Part shown: in pieces, positions 18,408-28,121 of the stretch
How the letters are laid out: each line of letters starts with the position of its first letter
Position numbering within the stretch: the first letter of the stretch is position 1
Assembly: GCA_965208675.1 (NCBI GenBank)
Contig: OZ242351.1
Span: 3,104,001-3,168,000, forward strand
DNA from: Candidatus Poribacteria bacterium
GTDB taxonomy: Bacteria > Poribacteria > WGA-4E > PCPOR2b
Direction of reading: 5' to 3'
DNA: 64,000 nucleotides
Notes under the pieces: model-generated
Told to the model about the DNA's origin: nothing
The model's input: the letters and a program-made list of their open reading frames with translations, nothing else
The model's database searches: none
Translations under genes and position numbers: made by a program

Positions 18408-19745
18408 ATGAGTCAGCCAGCCAAGCCCTTTGTATTCGTTACACTCCAAGGTCCCGACGACGGCGGAGACTTCGGCCCAAATACATCCGGAACGAAAACC
18501 GGCGGCATTCAGGAAGCCCTCGACTACGCCCATAAACACTGCCGAGATGTCTATATTGTGGGCGGACGCGGCGGCACACATGAAGGTGAAGGTATTCCGG
18601 ACAACATCTATACGCTCGACGAGACCTTACGCGTGCCGTGGAGCCAGGATTTCAAGGTCGATAGCGGCAATCCCCTACTTTATTACCGCAAGGACAGCGG
18701 GCACGCAATTGAAATCGACAGCCAGATGAATTGCCGGTACAAGTTCGGTCTCATCGCCTCAAACTCCTGCGATGCGGTCGTTTGCATCAAGCCCAAATCA
18801 CCGGGACCCGACGATATGAAGGTCGTTACCGCCTGCGTATTCGACTTTTCGGCAATCGTCACCGGGCACCCGGATGCAGACGCGCTCCTGATTGATTCGT
18901 CCGAAGGCATGATTGTCAACAGCAAGATTTTTGCCGAGGAGACGAATACAATAAAGTGCGGCGTTCATCTCACCGACAACGGCGGAACTGGGCAATGGAT
19001 TAGCAACAACCAAATTGAAGTAATGTTCGGAAATCAGATGCACTCGAAGGGCGACTGCACCGGTTTGCAACTCGGCGAAGCCGGCTCGGCGAAAATCGTC
19101 CATAACCGGTTTGACATGTCCTTCCACGCACCGAGAGGCGCGCATTTCGATCCTGAGAAGGAACACCTTCCCAGTACAGCAGAGCGGCTAGTTACGCTGG
19201 ATAATTTCACTCCGCCAAACGCAATCGGCGCCGACATCCACGCCCAGCGAAACATGCTCACCCTCTCATTTTTCGGCCTTCGCGCGCCTGGCACCGATAT
19301 TATCTTCCAGCCGGATGCCAGAGATAACACGGTCATGGCGATGACGCTGCCCAACGGCGTCACCAACAATGCAACCTCGCCAACGAATCGCATCATCCCC
19401 AATTGGCCCGTTGGATTCGACGTTACGACGCCGGAATTCCCCGCTTCGGGAGAACCGCTCGTAAACACTACGTCTTATGCCGTACAAATCATCATTCTCA
19501 CTGCGGGCGAGATCGGCCGGTGGACAATCACAGACGCAGGCAGTACACCTCAGACCACGCCTTACAATCTCAGCCTAGTGGACAATCTTATGCGTCCGCC
19601 GCGCCCCATGCAGCCGCCGCGCCAATCGGAATCGGAAACCATCACCGGCGGCCTCTTCCCGGGGCAGACGCTCATTCTAAAACCCGGTGAACAGATTAGC
19701 TTCGATTACTCGAAACCGGCAACCTGGCGTTGGATGGCGCTCTGA
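18408..19745 (+). CDS. Hypothetical protein, probable right-handed beta-helix (pectin-lyase-like)
   Basis: N-terminal TGGIQEALDYA cap motif; Asn/Ile-rich short strands; AAGGA RBS. Confidence 0.6.
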   Translation: MSQPAKPFVFVTLQGPDDGGDFGPNTSGTKTGGIQEALDYAHKHCRDVYIVGGRGGTHEGEGIPDNIYTLDETLRVPWSQDFKVDSGNPLLYYRKDSGHAIEIDSQMNCRYKFGLIASNSCDAVVCIKPKSPGPDDMKVVTACVFDFSAIVTGHPDADALLIDSSEGMIVNSKIFAEETNTIKCGVHLTDNGGTGQWISNNQIEVMFGNQMHSKGDCTGLQLGEAGSAKIVHNRFDMSFHAPRGAHFDPEKEHLPSTAERLVTLDNFTPPNAIGADIHAQRNMLTLSFFGLRAPGTDIIFQPDARDNTVMAMTLPNGVTNNATSPTNRIIPNWPVGFDVTTPEFPASGEPLVNTTSYAVQIIILTAGEIGRWTITDAGSTPQTTPYNLSLVDNLMRPPRPMQPPRQSESETITGGLFPGQTLILKPGEQISFDYSKPATWRWMAL

Positions 19746-19901
19746 TGACACCGATCGGGGATTCGACCGCTCGCACCAGTACCCAACCCTTACTCCCTAA
19801 TCAGTGGCGTTTGATTGTGCTTGCAATCCTTTATTGATGAGGCAATACCCAGGGAAAGAGTTGCTACTTTGCCGGCTACAACGGCTTGAAACCTACGTAT
19901 C

Positions 19902-21404
19902 ATGCTCGACAAGATTCGAAATGCCGCGATTCTACGTCATCCCTCGCCGGGCGCATATTTCGATCTTGCTATCCATATCGGGTTTCTCATCTTCGTTCTT
20001 GCACTTCCGTTCGGCCATTCAACAATCGTACTCTATGCCGGACTAACGCTTGCTCTGCTCGGATGGATAGGGCGAATCTGCCGCGAACGCAAATTCGTTT
20101 GGAAACGGACACCTTTGGACATACCGGTCGCCCTATTTCTCGGGCTCGCGCTAGTTGGTTCGTTCTTTGCGCCAAATCCATCCAGTAGCAGTCTCGGCTA
20201 CTTCTGGAAACTGCTTCGTGCGGTATTGCTGTTCTATGCGGTAATTCACAGCCGTCTCGGCGAACGATGGCGCTATATGGTTTTTGCATTCCTCTTCGCT
20301 GGCGGGCTGTCTGCCGTGCTCGGTCTCTGGTACTATTTCAACGGCACGAATATGGGCGTAGTGCGGCTGTTTAGTGTCGATGCCACACTTCAAAGCGGCA
20401 CCGGCGAGAAGTTGCCCTCAGTGGACTGGCAGCGGGCGTTTGAAAATAACGGCCGCCGATTGTCACAAAATGCCTCCATTTCTCCCTCAAACAAGGACGC
20501 CGAATGGGTAATGAAGGACGAGGAAAACAACCGAAAATACATTGTCAGGAATAGTCGTGAACAACTCGATATCTACTATGTTGAGCCTCGCCTCGCCGGG
20601 ACGTTTAAGATGCCCAACGATTTGGGCGCCTATTTGGTAATAGTCGTCCCTATCGCAATGGGGTATCTCATCTCGGCTTGGCGTACTCGCCGAAACAAGG
20701 ACGGAAGGATATCTATACACTGGGGTTGGATTGTGTCTCTCGGCTTTCTCTTGTGCGTAATGGGAGCGAACTTAGCGCTTACACTTACGCGGGCGGCATG
20801 GGTCGCCGTTTTTTTCGCGGCGGTTTATATGGCAATCTGTTTTAAACGGCGGTTATTGTGGGGACTGCTGATTCTCGCCGTGCTGTCGCCGTTTTTCATG
20901 CCCCAAGATGTCAAAGATCGATTCAAAACAGTATGGCAGCGCCCCTCGGGTTTTATGAGCGAACGTCCGCAATGGTGGAAAACCTCTGCCCAACTGATTG
21001 CGAAGTATCCGATAACCGGAATCGGCTTAGGCAGATTCCGTCATGAATACAAATTGCACGGACCGCCGGACATGTACCATGAACCGTACCATGCGCATAA
21101 CATCTATCTGCACATTGCTGTTGAACAGGGAATTCCATCGCTGCTCCTATTTTTCTGGATGCTTTTCCTAATCTTTCGCCGACTCTTCGCCTTACGCAAA
21201 AACGGCGGTTTTTGGCGTTCCGGCTTATACATCGGAGGCAGCGGGTTCCTGATTTCCGCCTTAATCTACGGCCTTGCAGACCATATTCTGCACCAGCGGC
21301 CGCTACTAATGTTCTGGTTCATTATCGGCATCGTCTTTTACGTGACGTCTCAAAGTATCGAAAGCGAAAGTGAAACGCCGTTTACTAAGGCGCGGATAGC
21401 TTGA
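19902..21404 (+). CDS. O-antigen ligase/Wzy_C family membrane glycosyltransferase with inserted soluble domain
   Basis: RLAGTFKMPNDLG, LTLTRAAW, YPITGIGLG, HAHNIYLHIAVEQG; many TM segments. Confidence 0.88.
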   Translation: MLDKIRNAAILRHPSPGAYFDLAIHIGFLIFVLALPFGHSTIVLYAGLTLALLGWIGRICRERKFVWKRTPLDIPVALFLGLALVGSFFAPNPSSSSLGYFWKLLRAVLLFYAVIHSRLGERWRYMVFAFLFAGGLSAVLGLWYYFNGTNMGVVRLFSVDATLQSGTGEKLPSVDWQRAFENNGRRLSQNASISPSNKDAEWVMKDEENNRKYIVRNSREQLDIYYVEPRLAGTFKMPNDLGAYLVIVVPIAMGYLISAWRTRRNKDGRISIHWGWIVSLGFLLCVMGANLALTLTRAAWVAVFFAAVYMAICFKRRLLWGLLILAVLSPFFMPQDVKDRFKTVWQRPSGFMSERPQWWKTSAQLIAKYPITGIGLGRFRHEYKLHGPPDMYHEPYHAHNIYLHIAVEQGIPSLLLFFWMLFLIFRRLFALRKNGGFWRSGLYIGGSGFLISALIYGLADHILHQRPLLMFWFIIGIVFYVTSQSIESESETPFTKARIA

Positions 21405-21639
21405 GACGCATGGCTGATGAAATTCAACACGGTTAGGATTTACGCAGTTGGACACGTGTACTATTTTTCCGTTCCGCCGGCCGGAGATTGGGCAGGCGCA
21501 AGACCTGCCCCTACACTTGGTTTATTCCCTGTATGGGCAACCCTTGTGGTTGCCCTTGATTCCGAAGTGCGTAATTCCTAACGATGATTTCATTTTATCA
21601 AAAACGGTTTCACCAACTAAAGCAGTTGAAGGAGGTATT

Positions 21640-22770
21640 ATGCGCATCACTGTCCGTTTCAAACATTCGACTGGCATAAGATTTTTCCGCCGTATTTTGA
21701 AAAATATGCCACAATTTCGGTCACTTCTCGAAAAGGCGTCCCACTCGATGTTAGTTGCCGCCGTCAGTATCGCATTCACAAGTGCACCGCCGATATATGC
21801 CCATCAGGGAATGCACAGCGGAGATACGCGTATCCTACCGTTAGGCGCCAAACTGAAAAAACTGTTCGACGGCGCGTTTTTCACGGAAGGCGGCGCTGTT
21901 GCGCCGGATGGGGCGGTCTATTTCAGCGACATTACGTTCACCTATCAAACGGATATGCAGGCGGGGCATATTTGGAAATACGATCCAAGCACCGGCAATA
22001 CCACCATTTTCCGTTCGCCCAGCGGCATGTCCAACGGGATAAAATTTGATGCCGAAGGTCGTATGATTGTAGCCGAAGGTGCTGACTTTGGCGGACGCCG
22101 CGTGACTCGCACGGATATGGTGACGGGAAAAAGTACCATCATCGCCGGGCTATACGATGGCCGCCCATTCAACTCACCGAACGACATCACCATCGATGAA
22201 AAAGGGCGCATTTTCTTCAGCGATCCCCGCTACCTCGGACACGAACCGGTCGATCAGCCCGTCATGGGAGTGTATCGCATAGATACGGACGGATCTATCC
22301 ACCGCATCATCACAGATGCTGGAAAGCCGAATGGCGTCGCAATTTCGCCCGATCAAAAGACGCTGTACGTGGTCAGCCACGATAACGGTTTGATAGGTTT
22401 AGATCGGATTCCCGATGGCGCGCCAGTCCGCAAGGGGCGAATGGCGTTGCTGGCGTATGACCTCGCCCCGGACGGAACCGCTGCGTTTAGAAAAACCCTG
22501 GTTGACTACTATCCGGAATTTGGGCCCGACGGATTGGTTGTTGATGTGGACGGAAATCTCTATGTTGCCGAACGCAGCCATAAACGCCCGGGGATTGCTG
22601 TTCGTTCGCCGGAGGGGAAGGAACTCGAATTTATCCGAACCGCACCCGACCTGCCCACCAACGTCGCCTTCGGGCGCGGCGCAGAGCGCAAAACTTTATA
22701 CATCACGGCGGGAAAGAGCCTCTACAAAATTGACCTCATGAAGGAAGGATATCACCTACCGTCGAATTAG
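21640..22770 (+). CDS. SMP-30/gluconolactonase/LRE family protein
   Basis: FTEG, YFSDI, SNG, NSPND, PNGVAISPD, GPDG, PTNVAFG; AAGGAGG before ATG 21640. Confidence 0.92.
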   Translation: MRITVRFKHSTGIRFFRRILKNMPQFRSLLEKASHSMLVAAVSIAFTSAPPIYAHQGMHSGDTRILPLGAKLKKLFDGAFFTEGGAVAPDGAVYFSDITFTYQTDMQAGHIWKYDPSTGNTTIFRSPSGMSNGIKFDAEGRMIVAEGADFGGRRVTRTDMVTGKSTIIAGLYDGRPFNSPNDITIDEKGRIFFSDPRYLGHEPVDQPVMGVYRIDTDGSIHRIITDAGKPNGVAISPDQKTLYVVSHDNGLIGLDRIPDGAPVRKGRMALLAYDLAPDGTAAFRKTLVDYYPEFGPDGLVVDVDGNLYVAERSHKRPGIAVRSPEGKELEFIRTAPDLPTNVAFGRGAERKTLYITAGKSLYKIDLMKEGYHLPSN

Positions 22771-22779
22771 GAAAAAAAT

Positions 22780-23859
22780 ATGCCGAATGAAAATCAAAGG
22801 ACAGCAACCGTTCTTTCTAAACAGGTAATCTGCAAACAGCGTGGGAAATATATCGGTTGGCCAACGGTCGCCAAGACGCGCCACGGCGAACTGCTTGTAG
22901 CCTTTTCCGGCGATCGGGATGCCCATCTCTGTCCGTGGGGAAAGACATATATGGTTAGAAGCAGGGACGACGGATCAACATGGACCGAGCCAGCACTGAT
23001 TAACAATACGCCGCTTGACGACCGGGATGCAGGCATTCTTCAAACGCAAAAGGGCACGCTGCTGCTGACATGGTTTTCCTCGACGCTATTCCAATCCGCG
23101 CACAAGTTCCCGCCTCGATTCAGGCGCCATGTTACCCCCGAAATGCTTACGTGTTGGAAACGGCATCAGGAAAAGGTTACCGCCGAGATTATTGAGGAGT
23201 GGCGTCATAGCTGGATTCGGCGTTCCGATGACGGCGGTGCAACCTGGGGTAATCTAATCAAATTGCCCGGACACGCACCGCACGGGCCAATCGAGCTATC
23301 AGACGGACGGCTTTTGTATGTCGGAAGCAGAGGGCACTGGGTCGCTGAGTCCACAGACGACGGGCGGACATGGAAAAAAATCGGAAGCATCCCCCGCTCC
23401 GCCAGTCTCTCCGCGGTTCTTGATGAACCGCATGCCGTTGAAGCCGCTGACGGAAAACTCCTCACCCTGTTTCGCTACGAACCGCCGCAAGCCGATCAAC
23501 GGTTCATGCACCAATCGGAAAGCACGGACGGCGGAAAAACTTGGTCAACCGCCCATCCCACCACTATATGGGCGGACAATCCGCCCCATTTAATCCGCTT
23601 GAAAGACAATCGCCTCCTTGTTGTATACGGCAGACGAACACCGCCCTACGGTCAGCGCGCATGCGTTAGCCATGATGATGGCGGCGCCGCTTGGGACTCG
23701 GAGAACGAAATTATCCTCGGCGAGGCTCCCAATAACGACTTAGGCTATCCCGCCTCAGTTCAATTGGACGATGGTTCTATCCTGACAGTCTACTACCAAC
23801 CCGACAGCCCCGACGAAAAACCGTGTCTCATGGGCACCTATTGGCGCTTAGAACCCTAA
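22780..23859 (+). CDS. Sialidase-family (BNR/Asp-box) beta-propeller protein
   Basis: Five Asp-boxes (SRDDGSTW, SDDGGATW, STDDGRTW, STDGGKTW, SHDDGGAAW); DLGYPASVQLDDG. Confidence 0.88.
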   Translation: MPNENQRTATVLSKQVICKQRGKYIGWPTVAKTRHGELLVAFSGDRDAHLCPWGKTYMVRSRDDGSTWTEPALINNTPLDDRDAGILQTQKGTLLLTWFSSTLFQSAHKFPPRFRRHVTPEMLTCWKRHQEKVTAEIIEEWRHSWIRRSDDGGATWGNLIKLPGHAPHGPIELSDGRLLYVGSRGHWVAESTDDGRTWKKIGSIPRSASLSAVLDEPHAVEAADGKLLTLFRYEPPQADQRFMHQSESTDGGKTWSTAHPTTIWADNPPHLIRLKDNRLLVVYGRRTPPYGQRACVSHDDGGAAWDSENEIILGEAPNNDLGYPASVQLDDGSILTVYYQPDSPDEKPCLMGTYWRLEP

Positions 23860-24241
23860 TGCATCGCAGCATTTTGAATCATCTCACTATTCCTTCGGCA
23901 CTGCCCACCTATGTAGATTTATAGTCATTGCGACTAAAAATTATACATTTGCTCGACTGAAAATTGCTAAATTTAACGGATGGCAAAGGTGTCCCCATGA
24001 GCGGGATTGTGTCCCCGTGGACACTCCCCTCCAAACGCCAAATGTCAATTGATTTTCGCATCTGAAGAATGCCTGAAAGCCGGCTCAAACACTCGCTCCG
24101 CGGCACATCCGGCGCCCCGCGGAATGCGTCGGTTTCGATATGCCGAAAAGTGTCCTTTTGTGCCCTTTTGTGTCCTAAAATCGAGGTTTCAATTTTCGGA
24201 CACTTTTCACGGTTCAGGGTGCCTCTCCGATTTACGCTCAT

Positions 24242-24279
24242 AAAAAAAGCGAGGGTGCACGTCATACAGCGCCCCTCGC
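24242..24279 (-). terminator. Intrinsic terminator
   Basis: Minus strand GCGAGGGGCGC-8 nt loop-GTGCACCCTCGC followed by T7. Confidence 0.75.
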
Positions 24280-24331
24280 CTCGCCGTTAAAATTATTTTA
24301 ATGTCCTAAACATCAAGCAGACCGGATTCTT
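24242..24331 (-). ncRNA. Candidate ~90-nt small RNA (promoter-terminator unit)
   Basis: Bounded by the consensus promoter at 24337-24366 and the terminator at 24242-24279; contains only a 6-codon ORF. Confidence 0.4.
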
Positions 24332-24336
24332 GTAAG

Positions 24337-24366
24337 ATTATACGGAACGGTTATTTTGATTGTCAA
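24337..24366 (-). promoter_or_regulatory. Consensus sigma70 promoter
   Basis: Minus strand TTGACA-18 bp-TATAAT. Confidence 0.7.
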
Positions 24367-24389
24367 GGAAAAATATTGGCAGCCGTCTG

Positions 24390-25320
24390 AACCGTGATTT
24401 GTGTGATTGAATGATGGGCTGTGATTAAAGTTTTTGTAGGTTGGGTAGAGCGGGGCTGATGAATCATGTGAATTTTGAGACATGAGGTTGTGGAATTGAT
24501 TGAGTTCAAGATTTGGTAGCGCGCAGCGAAACCCAACGCTTTTGTAACGTCGCAAGGGTTAAAAAGCGTTGGGTTTCGCTACATGTAATTTGCAAAGAGC
24601 ATTGTCTTGGTTACTAAACCGTCATAGCAATCGGAACGGTTTTGGTATTACCCGCTCTACCCAACCTACAAAGACTGTGATTTGTGTGATTAAATGATGG
24701 ACTGTGATTAACGGCGAATGTGTCGCGATTCGGAAATCGCTCCTACAGGCGGTAGATTCCGGTAGGAGGGAATTCCGATTCCCGACAATATGTATATAAC
24801 CCCCTCTAGCTCCCCTTTGGTAAGGGGGAGGATTAAACTGAAAAACAACGTCGCGATTCGGAGATCGCTCCTACCGGGCGTTGAATCCTGGTTAGGAGGG
24901 AATTCCGATTCCCGACGGGCTGTCAACAACCCCCTCTAACTCCCCCTTGGTAAGGGGGAGGATTTTCTGTTTTTATTCCCCTCCTTAACAAGGAGGGGTT
25001 AGGGGAGGTTAATATGCACCTAAATTCTACTGGACGGGATAAAGGAACACACAGTTTTTGCAGGTTGGGTAGAGCGGGTTTGATGAAATATGTGGATTAT
25101 GAGACATGGGTTGGTATCTTGATTGGGTTCAAGAATTATTAGTGCGCAGCGAAACCCAACGATCAACTGAGCGAATAGCGAAGGCGATAGTCTTATCCGA
25201 ACCGCCTCCAACAAACCGAACTCGCCGCAGTTTCCAAAAGCGTTGGGTTTCGGAAAGACTATCGCCTTCGCTATTCGCTCAGTTGATCTCTACCCAACCT
25301 ACAAAAACTCGGTTTCTCAC
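24390..25320. repeat. Mosaic array of REP-like palindromes (BIME-like)
   Basis: GTAGGTTGGGTAGAGC/CTACCCAACCTAC, CGAAACCCAAC/GTTGGGTTTCG, CCCCTCTAGCTCCCCCTTGGTAAGGGGGAG x2-3, GGAGGGAATTCCGATTCCCGAC x2, GTCGCGATTCGGAGATCGCTCCTAC x2. Confidence 0.85.
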
Positions 25321-25335
25321 TCCGATCGTGCAGTG

Positions 25336-27537
25336 CTACTTGACAATAACCATGCGCCGTAGCGCGGTATACTCACCCGCGTCGAGTTGAATATAATAAG
25401 CGCCGCTTGTGACGGGTTCGCCGTTTTGGTTGCGGCCGTCCCAATACGCTGCGTTTGCTTTGTCTCGATAGACGCCCGACCCTTGATGCCCAATGTCGAG
25501 GGTGCGGACGATATGACCGCTCTGGTCGTAGATGCTCAAAGTGACGTAAGTATCGTTTGCCAACTGGTACGGTATCCAAGTCTCTGGGTTGAACGGATTC
25601 GGATAGTTCTGCAGCAACGCCGTGCGTTTGATGTTTCCCAGCGCCGTTGTGAGTCTTTCCAACGGTTCCACCGCTAATTGGATTGAAGACTCAACTTCCC
25701 AAAGCAACACGGTGCCGTCCCAGCTCGCACTGGCAAGCGTGCGCCCATCGGGACTAAACGCAATGCTATTTACAGCATACTTGTGCCCAGCGAGCGTTCG
25801 CAGATGCTCTCCTGTAATAGCGTTCCACAATCGTATAGTGCGGTCTGCACTCCCACTAGCTAATGCGCGTCCATCGGGGCTGAACGCAACGCTCAAGACC
25901 TCTTCCGTATGCCCATTGAGTGTTAACAGATGTTTTCCGGTATCAGCGTTCCATAATCGGATGGTACGGTCTCCGCTCCCACTAGCAATGTTGCGTCCAT
26001 CAGGGCTGAACGCAACGCTATTGACCGCATCCGTGTGCCCATCAAGCGTTCGCAGATGTTTTCCGGTATCAGCGTCCCACAATCGGATGGTACGGTCTCC
26101 GCTCCCACTAGCAATGTTGCGTCCATCAGGGCTGAACGCAACGCTATTGACCGCATTCGTATGCCCATCAAGCGTTCGCAGGTGTTTTCCGGTATCAGCG
26201 TCCCACAATCGGATGGTACGGTCTCCGCTCCCACTAGCAATGTTGCGTCCATCAGGGCTGAACGCAACGCTATTGACCGCATCCGTATGCCCATCAAGCG
26301 TTCGCAGGTGTTTTCCCCTATGGACGTCCCACAAGCGGACACTGTTCCTACTCTGACCTGCAAGTATGTCTGCATCGGGGCTAAACGCTACACTACTGAC
26401 CCTAGACTTATGTCCTGTCAGTGTTCGCGTGAGCCTTCCCATATCAGCGTCCCAAAGTCGGATTATATTATCCCCACTCCCACTTGCAAGCATTCCAGTT
26501 TCGGAAGCGAACGCAACGCTATCAACCCCAGGCATATGCCCGTTCAGTGTTCGCAGGCGATTACCAGTATCGGCGTCCCAAAAACGGACGGTAGCGTCGA
26601 AACTCCCGCTAGCGATGGTGCGTCCATCGGGACTGAACGCAATGCTCAAGATCGATTTCGCATGCCCTTCTAGTGTTTGTAGATGTTTTCCGTTATGTGC
26701 GTCCCACAAGCGGATAGTTCTGTCCCAACTCCCACTCGCGAGTGTCTGTCCATCGGGGCTGAACGCAATGTCATCAATCTCACGCGTATGTCCGTTAAGT
26801 GTTCGCCGGTGTTTTCCTGTGTCTGCGTCCCACAGGCGGAGGGTACGGTCCCAACTCCCGCTTGCTAGAATAGCGTTATTGGGACTGAATGCAAGGCTAT
26901 CGACAATACCTGTATGTCCGTTGAGTGTTTGCAGATGTAATCCGTTATGGGCGTCCCACAGGCGGATAGTTCTGTCCCAACTCCCACTCGCGAGTGTGGC
27001 GCTATCGGGACTGAACGTTACGCTAGCGACCGGATCCATATGCCCGTTGAGTGTTCCTCGGTGTTTTCCTGTATCGATTTCCCACAGGCGGATAGTAAGG
27101 TCCATACTCCCGCTTGCGAGTGTGGCGTTATTGGGACTGAACGCAATGCTGGCGACCGGACCTGTATGCCCTTTGAGCGTTCGTAGGTGTTTTCCCGAAT
27201 CGGTGTCCCACAATCGGATAGTTCGCCCACCTCCACTAGCGATGATGCGTCCGTCGGGACTGAATGCTAAGCTATTGACCGCATTTGTATGCCCGGTAAG
27301 CAAGGCGACGACTTCTCGACGGTTTGCCGTATCGTAAAGCCATACGCCGATACCGCTAGCGACCGCAAGTCGCGTGCCATCGGGCGAATATCGTATCTCA
27401 CTTATCGAACCCTTCCCTAAGCGCGCTTTAGCGCCCTCGGGCAACCCCCATTGCGTAGAGTCTTGGGCAATGCTAAACGGTAGACATAGAACGGATAGGA
27501 ATAATAAGCTAGACTTTAACACTATTACTTTCTTCAT
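25336..27537 (-). CDS. Secreted WD40-repeat protein 1 (14 repeats) with C-terminal FlgD-Ig-like domain
   Basis: Signal peptide; LPEGAKARLGKG; GH...FSPDG...ASGS.D.TIRLWD repeats; LAVEP..LGNIKRTALLQNYPNPFNPETWIPY; alternative start 27552. Confidence 0.93.
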   Translation of the reverse strand: MKKVIVLKSSLLFLSVLCLPFSIAQDSTQWGLPEGAKARLGKGSISEIRYSPDGTRLAVASGIGVWLYDTANRREVVALLTGHTNAVNSLAFSPDGRIIASGGGRTIRLWDTDSGKHLRTLKGHTGPVASIAFSPNNATLASGSMDLTIRLWEIDTGKHRGTLNGHMDPVASVTFSPDSATLASGSWDRTIRLWDAHNGLHLQTLNGHTGIVDSLAFSPNNAILASGSWDRTLRLWDADTGKHRRTLNGHTREIDDIAFSPDGQTLASGSWDRTIRLWDAHNGKHLQTLEGHAKSILSIAFSPDGRTIASGSFDATVRFWDADTGNRLRTLNGHMPGVDSVAFASETGMLASGSGDNIIRLWDADMGRLTRTLTGHKSRVSSVAFSPDADILAGQSRNSVRLWDVHRGKHLRTLDGHTDAVNSVAFSPDGRNIASGSGDRTIRLWDADTGKHLRTLDGHTNAVNSVAFSPDGRNIASGSGDRTIRLWDADTGKHLRTLDGHTDAVNSVAFSPDGRNIASGSGDRTIRLWNADTGKHLLTLNGHTEEVLSVAFSPDGRALASGSADRTIRLWNAITGEHLRTLAGHKYAVNSIAFSPDGRTLASASWDGTVLLWEVESSIQLAVEPLERLTTALGNIKRTALLQNYPNPFNPETWIPYQLANDTYVTLSIYDQSGHIVRTLDIGHQGSGVYRDKANAAYWDGRNQNGEPVTSGAYYIQLDAGEYTALRRMVIVK
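25928..26305. repeat. Three near-identical 126-bp tandem units inside WD40 gene 1
   Basis: Units start at 25928, 26054 and 26180; each encodes GHT(D/N)AVNSVAFSPDGRNIASGSGDRTIRLW. Confidence 0.9.
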
Positions 27538-27596
27538 TTGAATAATGTCCATATTCTAGTTAAGGGGTTAATTCTCTATGACATAGAAGAATAGAA

Positions 27597-27630
27597 TTGG
27601 GTTGAGTGTGAATTTACACACCCAACCCGA
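27597..27630 (-). terminator. Hairpin between B1 and WD40 gene 1, possible terminator
   Basis: GGGTTGAGTGTG...CACACCCAACCC inverted repeat. Confidence 0.45.
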
Positions 27631-27751
27631 GTTTGAGCGCCTGATGATACTACCGAAACAATAACCCGCCGATTTATCAACATGAGAGTTGCCGCGACAA
27701 GACGAGACGTTTCGTCAACAGCGCTGTTTATTGTCTAGGTTAATTCTACGG

Positions 27752-28102
27752 CTAAAATGATGCGCTATCACTCTTATGATGAGGTCTGCCCTGTGCATCG
27801 AAACCAGAGACAGAAGCGTATGCAGAACCGCTTGAGCAAGTGCCATCTTCTCGGTCTACGACTACTGAAGTAGAAACCCGATTATCTGCGAAATCGTCAT
27901 GGTCTTCCTTTTCTTCACTATCAACACGAGCGTACAGATAGTAAGAACCATCATAAAGAGCGTGATTATTAATTGATGCGGTTGCTTTACACGTATCCGC
28001 ATTCGCGGTACAGTAAGCGTTATACGCATAAACACTGACGCAAACAATTCCAATTACCAACACCAAGAAACTACTCAACATAACCAACGTTTTGCATTTC
28101 AT
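27752..28102 (-). CDS. Cassette protein B1: small secreted beta-rich protein
   Basis: AAGGAG RBS; signal peptide ending VSVYA; paralogue of 32701..33048 and 46357..46779 (SSGSAYASVSGFDA). Confidence 0.85.
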   Translation of the reverse strand: MKCKTLVMLSSFLVLVIGIVCVSVYAYNAYCTANADTCKATASINNHALYDGSYYLYARVDSEEKEDHDDFADNRVSTSVVVDREDGTCSSGSAYASVSGFDAQGRPHHKSDSASF

Positions 28103-28121
28103 GATAATCTCCTTTACTTTT

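Noticed and set aside
24390-25320. CRISPR array
   Set aside because: Repeats are heterogeneous, inverted and irregularly spaced with no unique-spacer periodicity, and no cas genes are present; better explained as REP mosaics
25622-27337. Long plus-strand ORFs opposite the WD40 genes (also 37517-38338 and 44469-46177)
   Set aside because: Antisense shadows of repetitive WD40 coding sequence (PSGLNA repeats)
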